From the sequence record MF360958.1: a stretch of DNA of 64,000 bases; one strand, written 5' to 3'. A program made the translations under genes and the position numbers. The notes beneath the pieces are model-generated. The model had not been told where the DNA came from. It did not search any database and saw nothing but the letters and a program-made list of their open reading frames with translations. This document shows, piece after piece, positions 26,936 through 35,850 of this stretch. Numbering within the stretch: the stretch's first letter is position 1; every line of letters starts with the position of its first letter.

Positions 26936-29900
26936 ATGACAATAGAATTACAACGTTACAAGATTGATGGGTTTGATGTATTTCCTTTTAAAGGTTCAGT
27001 AGATGCAGTAACATATTATGGATATGATACTACATATGGTGGTTCTGCTGCTTTTGAACAACAGGAGACAATGGCAACAACTATATATCTTTATAAAGAT
27101 ATAACAACGGGAAATCTTTCACTTCAGATTGTTTTGGATGCTTATGAGAATTCCAATAGTGGTAGTGTTGTCGTTACAATAGGAGGATTACCTAGTTCAG
27201 CATCATTAGTAGTTCAAGATGATGATGATACTGGTAGTGATTCTTATACATGGGTTGATAATTCCACACTTGAAGCAAGTTTCAATTGGGGAACGTGCTG
27301 TACAGATGGGATGGTATTGGATCAAATAGGAAATTTTTCTAATATTAGTATAAATGTCAATGCTTCTAATGGTGTTGATAAATTTAAAGTAGTATCTTCT
27401 AGTAATAACGTACAGTATATCAATTTTAGTGAAACAACAACACTACAATTAGAACGTTCCATTCAACAATTAGATTCTTATTTATATCTTCAGCCTAAAC
27501 CGTCGATTTATACAGACCCCATAACTATAAGCACAACTGCAAGTGATGAAGTCGATGAAGTTATCTATACTGAAGATGGTTCTAATCCTACATTGGCAGA
27601 ATATCTTGCTTATGATAATCAAGATCCTCCGAATCCTTTTATTGCAGTTGTACAAGACGGTCTTGGTAATGTTCTGTTCGATGGGGGATTCCCAAAATGG
27701 TATAACCAAAATTGGAATGATAATTGGTCTGTATTTTCTGATATGTCAGCTACCTATAAGTATTTAGCAAATGCTTTAGAGTATATTTCTAATAAAAATA
27801 AAGTTCAACAAGGTAATAAAGATATTCTTATTATAGGTGACGCTAATAGTAGTGATAACTATAATATTAAAAATTTAGGTGGTATTGATTTTAATAAAAG
27901 TTTTTCTGAAGTTTGTTCTATAATGGGGTATAACCCTACTTTTAAAACAAGATCTGATTATGGTGGCCAACTTGATATGACATTTTCTGAATTAAACCAA
28001 TATTGTGCTGTCATATTAATGTCTTCAAGATCAACATCAAGTCGGCTTATAACACAAAACGCGGTTGATAATTTAATCACATCACGTGAGCAAGGTAATG
28101 GTATATTAATAGTTACTGACCATGGCGAAGATATAGCTTCTTTAAACGATGCAATAAACACAAGTTATACTGGATTTTTTAGAACTGCTAATTATATTGC
28201 TGTGAGATTTAATGCTTATTTTACAGGATCTATAAATCGATCTCCTGTAAACATAGGCCATTTACGTTCTACATATGGCGACCATATATTATGGAATAAT
28301 ATAAATGATAGTGAAGATATAGAATCTACTGGCAGTGAATCGTCTGTAGTTATTAAACAAGCTACTAGCTATGCTCCTGATAATATACCATTAATAGATT
28401 TAAAAAATGATGGTTATCATACTTATAAATATTTATTAAAATTAAATAATGGTTCTATTGTTACGGAATCTTATACATATGGGTTGAATGTGGATGAAAT
28501 TGTTGAAGTATATGATGAAAATAACAATTTAATATCTCAATTTGGTCCTACTAATTACAATAATATTCAATATGATTTTAATATTTTACCCGGAAATTTA
28601 GGTTCAGTTTCTGGTTATATTAAAAAAAATAATAAAATTATTGGAGATTTTATTCATGATGGTTCAACGTTATCAAAATATTATTATACTTATGATCAAA
28701 ATAATCCTTTTATAAAAAATAATGATCAACTTATTATTGATGTTACTACTCCTTTAGAATATACCAAAACTATTCCAATTATAAGAAACCAGAGAGATGT
28801 AAAACAGCCTATATCTTTTAGTAGAAAATTATCATATATAAACCGCAATGAATGGGAGAACGGGCTTAAATCTTATAAAATCTTAAAGAATGCTCTAAAA
28901 AATATTAATAAAAATAAGCATTTTGATTTTGAAAAAGATTTTACTAATCTTAGAAATTACATGTTAGACTTAGATAGATTACCAAAAGCTAACACCTTAA
29001 TATATGATAATGATAATGATTATAATAATGCTAAGAGTTCAATAGAACCGCCTACTCCTTCAGAAATATTTTCAAATTGGGGTGTTTTTTCATCAGGTGG
29101 TTCGAATCAAGAATTTTATAATACACTAAGTGATGCACCAGATCAAGAACCGTATAGTACTTGGTCATACGATGAAACAAATAATAGAGTTATACAAACA
29201 GCTAATGTTTCAAGTTATACAGGTTTCGTTAATAATATTCCTACAGAAAAATATATTCATGAAGTTACCTTAACATCTTCAAATTCTGATGACGATGGTA
29301 TAGGAGTTATCATTGCTTATTATTGGGATGAGACTAATGATATGAATCATCATTTATCTGTTGTACTAACAAAAGGAGGGGTTATAGGAAACAGTTGCTT
29401 ATTTGTTCTATCTAATTATAACACAGGAAATAGAAAAACAATAGCTACCAGACAGCATGATGATGTGAGTAATGGATGGAGCGGTGATAAAATGCGTGTA
29501 AAAATTGAGAGAGATGGAGATTATATCAGTATTATAGCAACTAAATGGAATGATCTCAATAATTATGATTCAAATAGTGAAGTCATTCTTGATTTAAATT
29601 CAGACCCGGATTTACAGCAATTTCGTGGACCTAAAAAATACGGGTATTCTACAATATCTCAATCTCAATCAACATATATTGATATTAATTTTAGTGGAGG
29701 ATTGAACTACAATTTGATTAGTAATGCTTCCAATGGTTATTCTTCGATATATAAAGATAATTCATGGGAAGAAAAATATATAGCATTACAAACTATTTAC
29801 AATTATCCACGAGTATTATCAAATCCAAAAACTGGCAAGGAATTTTTAATACAAGAGAATAGTTTGGATGCTTATTGGGGCGATCCTGAAAAAATAGAAG

Positions 29901-32143
29901 TTATTGGAGAACGTTATTATTCAGGGTCAGATATGACATTTAAAATATTAAACTATGATCCTAATGTAACATATACATTTAACCCAAGCAGCGGTTCTAT
30001 TTCTCAAAATAATGAATTCTTTACATGGTCATTGTCTAACGTAGTAGATAATGAAACCGTTGATATTAGTAATGGTACTTATAATTTAAATTTAACTATT
30101 TATAAAGAACCTGAAGAAAATAATTATAATATTTATACTGGATCATTGAACAATAATATAGTTTATAAATTTGATAATAATGCCAATATACAATGGAAAT
30201 TCACAGAACATTATGATGCTATTTATGGTGTAGCAGTAGATCAAAGTGGTAATGTATATAGTGCTAGTAGTGATCAAACAGTACGCAAGATTGATTCTTC
30301 AGGGAATGAATTATGGCAATTCGCAGGACATGGTTCTAATAATGTTTATTGCGTGGCTGTAGATATTAGTGGAAATGTGTATAGTGGTTCTACCGATCAA
30401 ACAGTACGCAAGATCGATTCTTCAGGGAATGAAATATGGCAATTCATTGGACATGGTAGTACGATTCATTCTGTAGCAGTAGATCAAAATGGTAATGTAT
30501 ATAGTGCTAGTAGTGATCAAACAGTACGCAAGATCGATTCTTCAGGGAATGAAATATGGCAATTCACTGGACATGGTAGTACGATTCATTCTGTAGCAGT
30601 AGATCAAAGTGGAAATGTATATAGTAGTAGTGGTGATCAAACAGTACGCAAGATTGATTCTTCAGGGAATGAATTATGGCAATTTAGCGGTCATAGTGTA
30701 GCGCCTCAATCTGTAGCGGTAGATCAAAATGGCAATGTATACAGCGGTGGGTATGATCAGACAGTACGCAAGATTGATTCTTCAGGAAATGAATTATGGC
30801 AATTTAATGTTGAAGGGAATTGCTATGCTGTAGCGATCCATAAATCAGGAATTGTATATGCTAATTCTGAACTAACTGATCCTAGTACTGTAGGATATTT
30901 GTATAAATTAGACTCTGAAGGGAACCTGTTCTGGAAATATGGTATAAGTGGAGATCGATTACAACAAGGATTAGCTGTTGATCCCGGATTATATGGCGCT
31001 GGATTTTGGAACAATATTATATTATCTGGTCCATTTAATATACAAGCAGGTGATACCTATGATTATACTATAACTAACTATGTTTCAAGCAAATCTTACA
31101 GTGCAACCACTGATTTAGGAACTGTATCAATTAGTGGTGATACTTTAACATTGGATTTAACGAATATTAGCTCATCAGGAACTGCTAATATAACAATAAC
31201 CGATGGTAACGTTTCCTCGGATTATAGTTATAGTGTTGAAGATAGTGGTATTGTTGAAAATCCCAACGTATATACAAGTTCAATAAATAACGATTTAGTG
31301 TATAAATTAGATAGTAGTGGTAATGAAGTATGGACTTTTTCAGGACATACGGGTAATGTTTATTCAGTAGCAGTAGATCTAAATGGAAATGTTTATAGTA
31401 GTGCTATAGACAACACTGTGAGGAAGATAGACAGTTCAGGTAATGAAGTATGGACTTTTTCAGGACATACCGATTATGTTCGTACCGTAGCGGTGGATTT
31501 AAATGGTAATATTTATAGTGGTTCTTATGACGAAACAGTAAGAAAATTAGATCCTAATGGTAACGAAATATGGCAATCTAGCGGTCATAGTAGTACGATT
31601 CATTCTGTAGCGGTTGATCGAAATGGTAATATTTATAGTGGTTCTTATGACGAAACAGTAAGAAAATTAGATCCTAATGGTAATGAAGTATGGTCATTTA
31701 CTGGTCATACTTATATTGTTTATTCAGTAGCAGTAGACCAAAATAGTAATGTTTATAGTAGCTCAGGAGACACTACTGTTCGAAAAATAGATAGCTCGGG
31801 TAATGAAGTATGGTCATTTACTGGTCATACTAATACTGTTTTTTCAGTAGCAGTAGATCAAAATGGTAATGTATATTCTGGTTCTACTGATGGAACAGTG
31901 CGTAAAATAGACAGTAATGGTAATGAAGTATGGTTATATACTATAACAGGCGATTGTTATGGCTTAACAGTAGATCAATCAGGTAACGTATATGCTAATT
32001 CTGAACAACATAGTCCTCATGAAGGATTCGTGTTTAAGTTAGATTCTGATGGAAATCAAATATGGGTATTTGATACGAATGGAGATCGGTTGTTCTATGC
32101 TATAGCTGTTGATCCCGGATTATATGGCGCTGGATTTTGGTGA
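26936..32143 (+). CDS. Large tail fibre / receptor-binding protein with two C-terminal beta-propeller domains
   Basis: About 42-aa repeats SVAVDQ.GNVYS.S.D.TVRKID..GNE.W.F.GH in two blocks (about 30150-31010 and 31270-32140), each ending AVDPGLYGAGFW. Confidence 0.8.
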   Translation: MTIELQRYKIDGFDVFPFKGSVDAVTYYGYDTTYGGSAAFEQQETMATTIYLYKDITTGNLSLQIVLDAYENSNSGSVVVTIGGLPSSASLVVQDDDDTGSDSYTWVDNSTLEASFNWGTCCTDGMVLDQIGNFSNISINVNASNGVDKFKVVSSSNNVQYINFSETTTLQLERSIQQLDSYLYLQPKPSIYTDPITISTTASDEVDEVIYTEDGSNPTLAEYLAYDNQDPPNPFIAVVQDGLGNVLFDGGFPKWYNQNWNDNWSVFSDMSATYKYLANALEYISNKNKVQQGNKDILIIGDANSSDNYNIKNLGGIDFNKSFSEVCSIMGYNPTFKTRSDYGGQLDMTFSELNQYCAVILMSSRSTSSRLITQNAVDNLITSREQGNGILIVTDHGEDIASLNDAINTSYTGFFRTANYIAVRFNAYFTGSINRSPVNIGHLRSTYGDHILWNNINDSEDIESTGSESSVVIKQATSYAPDNIPLIDLKNDGYHTYKYLLKLNNGSIVTESYTYGLNVDEIVEVYDENNNLISQFGPTNYNNIQYDFNILPGNLGSVSGYIKKNNKIIGDFIHDGSTLSKYYYTYDQNNPFIKNNDQLIIDVTTPLEYTKTIPIIRNQRDVKQPISFSRKLSYINRNEWENGLKSYKILKNALKNINKNKHFDFEKDFTNLRNYMLDLDRLPKANTLIYDNDNDYNNAKSSIEPPTPSEIFSNWGVFSSGGSNQEFYNTLSDAPDQEPYSTWSYDETNNRVIQTANVSSYTGFVNNIPTEKYIHEVTLTSSNSDDDGIGVIIAYYWDETNDMNHHLSVVLTKGGVIGNSCLFVLSNYNTGNRKTIATRQHDDVSNGWSGDKMRVKIERDGDYISIIATKWNDLNNYDSNSEVILDLNSDPDLQQFRGPKKYGYSTISQSQSTYIDINFSGGLNYNLISNASNGYSSIYKDNSWEEKYIALQTIYNYPRVLSNPKTGKEFLIQENSLDAYWGDPEKIEVIGERYYSGSDMTFKILNYDPNVTYTFNPSSGSISQNNEFFTWSLSNVVDNETVDISNGTYNLNLTIYKEPEENNYNIYTGSLNNNIVYKFDNNANIQWKFTEHYDAIYGVAVDQSGNVYSASSDQTVRKIDSSGNELWQFAGHGSNNVYCVAVDISGNVYSGSTDQTVRKIDSSGNEIWQFIGHGSTIHSVAVDQNGNVYSASSDQTVRKIDSSGNEIWQFTGHGSTIHSVAVDQSGNVYSSSGDQTVRKIDSSGNELWQFSGHSVAPQSVAVDQNGNVYSGGYDQTVRKIDSSGNELWQFNVEGNCYAVAIHKSGIVYANSELTDPSTVGYLYKLDSEGNLFWKYGISGDRLQQGLAVDPGLYGAGFWNNIILSGPFNIQAGDTYDYTITNYVSSKSYSATTDLGTVSISGDTLTLDLTNISSSGTANITITDGNVSSDYSYSVEDSGIVENPNVYTSSINNDLVYKLDSSGNEVWTFSGHTGNVYSVAVDLNGNVYSSAIDNTVRKIDSSGNEVWTFSGHTDYVRTVAVDLNGNIYSGSYDETVRKLDPNGNEIWQSSGHSSTIHSVAVDRNGNIYSGSYDETVRKLDPNGNEVWSFTGHTYIVYSVAVDQNSNVYSSSGDTTVRKIDSSGNEVWSFTGHTNTVFSVAVDQNGNVYSGSTDGTVRKIDSNGNEVWLYTITGDCYGLTVDQSGNVYANSEQHSPHEGFVFKLDSDGNQIWVFDTNGDRLFYAIAVDPGLYGAGFW

Positions 32144-32241
32144 TGATTTTTAAAAACAATAAATAACTTGACAACATTCTGAAAAATAGTACTATTATAT
32201 GTACAGTCATTATTAAATAATTAAAATATAGGAGAAAATAC

Positions 32242-32463
32242 ATGACAGATACCGCAATTTTCACAGATGAAGGTGGTGATCGAGTAACATTAGTCCATTA
32301 CATGCCTGATCAACTTGATCAAGATCGTCTTAATGAAGCGAGAGCTATGATTAATAAGGCAGATATGCCTGAGCAACCAACAGTGTCAGAAGATGAAGTT
32401 GCACGTCTCTATTATACTGACGCAAATGGACTCGAATATCGAGTTGAGAAACGATCTTCATAA
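32242..32463 (+). CDS. Small acidic protein, possible fibre-tip chaperone/accessory
   Basis: AGGAG RBS, TTGACA-N16-TACTAT at 32168-32195, directly after the fibre gene. Confidence 0.6.
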   Translation: MTDTAIFTDEGGDRVTLVHYMPDQLDQDRLNEARAMINKADMPEQPTVSEDEVARLYYTDANGLEYRVEKRSS

Positions 32464-32468
32464 ATATT

Positions 32469-32492
32469 AAAAGGGGCTGTCCAAGCCCCTTT
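32469..32492. terminator. Bidirectional intrinsic terminator
   Basis: aaaggggct-gtcca-agccccttt between convergent genes. Confidence 0.85.
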
Positions 32493-33513
32493 ATTTTTTT
32501 AAACCATTAGCAATAATAGGTTGACCAAATTTCCAATGTTTAGCCGTTTGTATATGATCTTTTCTCACAACTTTAGCAATACTAGACATAAATTTTGCAT
32601 ATGGAAATGATTCAGCAATCCTTATAACCAATCCTTCCATACTACTCCAATGTTTAGTATCATCATAAAGTGTTTTAATATGGTTCTCATCATAGATTCC
32701 ATCATATAATACGGGTACAGGTTGTATTCCTAAAAGATCAAACCATTCTAATGTTTCATCCCAAGAGAGACATTCATTTTTTTCATTCCATATAGAAAAT
32801 CCATAAAAATAACTGTCTAAGTTATTGTAAGCAATAGAATGTTGCGCATACATGTTTTCACCGCAAATCCGCCATCCTTTTGGAATATCATGAGCAAATG
32901 TTCGATGAAAATTCTTCACCCAATCTCTTGAAGCATGGCTTTGACCATCTATAGAACGGGCATGGATATAATCATGATATAAACTTGTATTCTCGCCATC
33001 TAGTTTTTCAGTAACTATTACCCTTTGACCATGAAACGGTTTCATTGTTTTATGAACTCGGTCATCGTCATGAATTCCTTTTGACCATGGTGTATGTTTA
33101 GTTCTCGGATATTTTACATATTCGGTGAATAAGTGAAAAACGCCGCCCTGTTTAAGTACTTTTTGAACGGTATCATCATAGAATAATTCTCCTTTAGTAC
33201 GCATTCCGTTTTCTAAAATTCCATTACCCCATTTATCATAGCTATGATCAGGATAAAGATGCTCAGGAACGACAACTTTGGTAATACCCGCGTATTCGCG
33301 AATTTCTTCTACTGAAATCACAGTCTGTTCACATTTAATGTGACACTCTCCACAGACTGAAGCGCCGTTATCTATATAATAACCCCCATCATGGAACAAA
33401 CGTCTTTCCATGATGTGGTGTGCGTCTTGTGCTGGATAACCACAAACAACACATTTATGATTGTCTCTTTCAAACACTGCATTTCGAAAAACATCTCTTG
33501 ATAGTAATTTCAT
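32491..33513 (-). CDS. HNH-type domain fused to an ATP-dependent RNA ligase
   Basis: N-terminus CVVC...DAHH...NG...CGECH; C-terminus KYPRT.H, VTEKLDGEN (KxDG), GEN.YA.HS, EG.VIR, KVVR..H. Confidence 0.85.
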   Translation of the reverse strand: MKLLSRDVFRNAVFERDNHKCVVCGYPAQDAHHIMERRLFHDGGYYIDNGASVCGECHIKCEQTVISVEEIREYAGITKVVVPEHLYPDHSYDKWGNGILENGMRTKGELFYDDTVQKVLKQGGVFHLFTEYVKYPRTKHTPWSKGIHDDDRVHKTMKPFHGQRVIVTEKLDGENTSLYHDYIHARSIDGQSHASRDWVKNFHRTFAHDIPKGWRICGENMYAQHSIAYNNLDSYFYGFSIWNEKNECLSWDETLEWFDLLGIQPVPVLYDGIYDENHIKTLYDDTKHWSSMEGLVIRIAESFPYAKFMSSIAKVVRKDHIQTAKHWKFGQPIIANGLKK

Positions 33514-33525
33514 TATTAATATCCT

Positions 33526-34557
33526 TTACTTATCATCAATTAGACTTTCATTAAAAACGTCTCTAATTTTTTGTTTTGATTCTTCAGTAACTACATTATC
33601 ATAATAATCTTGAAATTTTCTCAGAAAATTTCTGATAGAAGGCTGTTTTCCACTATAAGCATCACATGTTATTTTAAAATCGTTTTCAAAAAACATTTTC
33701 AGTCCATGTTCTGTTAGTGTTGTGTAATACTTATAATTAAGCCTAAAGTTATTATATAAAGCAGGAAATCTATCATTATCAATTCTAAAATTTTTGATAG
33801 TGATATCAAGCATATCCGGTTCAATACCTAAACCTTCATTAATGCTTGAATGAATAGCTTTATCCCAATCTTTTTTTCTCATAGTCCATTCATAATGGCT
33901 TATATCTTCTGGTTGATCTGAACTATTTTGATAATGATAATCGTACATAACACCACTATCAATAATGTTTTTAAATATTTGATCATTACAACTAAAACCA
34001 AGAAGTTTCTCATTATCTAACGGAAATAGATAAATCATGTATGAATTGCTTTCTGGTTTTGCAAACCTGAAATCATAATAATTTTTTAAACTAATAAATT
34101 GTCCTAAAATTATAATATAGAGCACAAGAAAATCACTTTTGTAGTCATCAGAAGTGATATCAATATTATAATTATTTTTTATAAAATTAGTAAATTCTTC
34201 ATTTTTGCCTTGTTTAATATTTTCAAACCGCTTTTGTATTTTCGCATCATTGAACTCTCGTTCAATTTCATTTTTAATAGTTTCATAACTATCATCTTTA
34301 TCGATTAGTGTTTCTCTAATACCAGTAAATACGTTATCAAGAAATCGTATTTCTTGGAAAACATAATCAGTAGGAACATACCCTTTGTAACGTATCAACC
34401 CATAAACGTAATTTCTAAAAAATTCATTAAAGCTGTTATAGATTTCATCTATGATACCTTGCTTCTGAATTTCTCTAAGTGTTTGTTGAAAATTTGATAA
34501 CTGTTTGATTGTCTTAACGTCATTGGTCATAAGACCATTGTAAATTTTAGTTGACAT
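33526..34557 (-). CDS. Conserved phage hypothetical protein (MSTKIYNG family)
   Basis: GGAG RBS before the ATG at 34557; Y.YQNSSDQPEDIS..EW..R..DWD motif. Confidence 0.7.
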   Translation of the reverse strand: MSTKIYNGLMTNDVKTIKQLSNFQQTLREIQKQGIIDEIYNSFNEFFRNYVYGLIRYKGYVPTDYVFQEIRFLDNVFTGIRETLIDKDDSYETIKNEIEREFNDAKIQKRFENIKQGKNEEFTNFIKNNYNIDITSDDYKSDFLVLYIIILGQFISLKNYYDFRFAKPESNSYMIYLFPLDNEKLLGFSCNDQIFKNIIDSGVMYDYHYQNSSDQPEDISHYEWTMRKKDWDKAIHSSINEGLGIEPDMLDITIKNFRIDNDRFPALYNNFRLNYKYYTTLTEHGLKMFFENDFKITCDAYSGKQPSIRNFLRKFQDYYDNVVTEESKQKIRDVFNESLIDDK

Positions 34558-34701
34558 ATATAGCTCCTGTGAGATGATTATTGATGTTAGGAAGATCCTA
34601 CATGATCTTGAAAGCAATATCAAGAATTTCCAAATAGTATTGACATATTATGCTTAATATGATAAATAATCATACACACTTGAAAAAAAGTGTACCCATA
34701 A

Positions 34702-35850
34702 GGCGATAGAGCCAAACTATAATAGGAGATAAGACTATGAGCAATTTCAAAATTGGCGTCATTATTGGACGCTTCCAACCACTACATAATTCTCACGAAA
34801 AACTTATTCAACATGCTTTAGAACACTCGGATTATGTTATTATTCTTGTAGGTTCTGCAAATAGAGCACCAGATTCAAATAATCCTTATTCCTATCAGGT
34901 TCGTAAAGAATTTATTGAAAATATGATGCATGAATATGAAATCAGCCATGGTCGTTTTTCAGTATATCCTCTTAATGATTATAAGTATAATGATGCTTCA
35001 TGGCTTACTCAAATTCATTCCATTGTAAGCACAGTAGAGCGTACTTATAACAAGTATACAAATACTGAAATCAGCTTATACGGGCACCATAAAGATAACA
35101 GTACTTATTACATGAACAGTTTCCCTACTTATAGTATTGTTGATGTAGGAAATATTGATAACGTTTCTGCTACGCAGGTTCGTGAATATCTCTATAATCG
35201 CGAGTACGATAAAGCACGAAGCCTAGTGCCTGATTATGTTTACAATCGTGTATATTATGATGCGAAAGGCAGATATACTCCTGAATCCGAAGAATTTGAT
35301 AGACTAAGACAAGAACATTTTTATATTCAGCATTATAAAGATGCATGGAAAGATGCGCCTTATGAGCCTATTTTTACAACAACAGATTCAGTAGTGTATT
35401 TCAAAGGCTATATCCTTCTGGTTAAACGTAAGTCTCATCCGGGCAAAGGCCAATGGTGTCTACCGGGTGGATTTGTAAAACCAGAAGAATGGATCAAAGA
35501 TTCAATCATTACGAATCTTAAAAAGGATACGAATATTAAAGTAGGAGCGCCTATCCTACGCTCTAACATTCGTGAAATGGAAGTGTTTGATGATCCCGGA
35601 CGTTCACTTCGCGGACGCATCATTACTCATTGCGGGCTTATTGTTCTTGATGGGGTAAGCTCAATGAGTGAACTTCCAAGTGTGAAATCTCAGTCTAAGG
35701 GAGATGTACACGCACAATGGTTCCCCATTAGTGATGTGGAAAGTATGAGTAATGAATTATTTGAGGATCATTACTTCATTATTAAGCAAATGCTTAAAAT
35801 TAATAATTAATGGCGATAGAGCCAAACTACAATAGGAGATAAGACTATGA
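34702..35850 (+). repeat. 39-nt direct repeat forming the leaders of nadM (34702-34740) and nadV (35812-35850)
   Basis: ggcgatagagccaaacta[t/c]aataggagataagactATGa; one mismatch. Confidence 0.9.
34737..35810 (+). CDS. nadM: Bifunctional NMN adenylyltransferase / Nudix-fold protein; Nudix box degenerate
   Basis: IIGRFQPLHNSH, ILVGSAN, NP....R, SATQVR; C-terminus TTDSVV, LLVKR...PGKGQWCLPGGF, DDPGRSLRGR.ITH, FEDH. Confidence 0.92.
   Translation: MSNFKIGVIIGRFQPLHNSHEKLIQHALEHSDYVIILVGSANRAPDSNNPYSYQVRKEFIENMMHEYEISHGRFSVYPLNDYKYNDASWLTQIHSIVSTVERTYNKYTNTEISLYGHHKDNSTYYMNSFPTYSIVDVGNIDNVSATQVREYLYNREYDKARSLVPDYVYNRVYYDAKGRYTPESEEFDRLRQEHFYIQHYKDAWKDAPYEPIFTTTDSVVYFKGYILLVKRKSHPGKGQWCLPGGFVKPEEWIKDSIITNLKKDTNIKVGAPILRSNIREMEVFDDPGRSLRGRIITHCGLIVLDGVSSMSELPSVKSQSKGDVHAQWFPISDVESMSNELFEDHYFIIKQMLKINN

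Noticed and set aside
29099-29108. GGTTCGAATC as a tRNA T-arm
   Set aside because: It lies inside the fibre CDS with no acceptor, D or anticodon stems. No tRNA was recognised anywhere in the window.
30150-32140. About 126-nt periodic repeats as a CRISPR array or DGR TR/VR pair
   Set aside because: They are coding beta-propeller blades; differences are spread over all bases and mostly synonymous, not adenine-specific.
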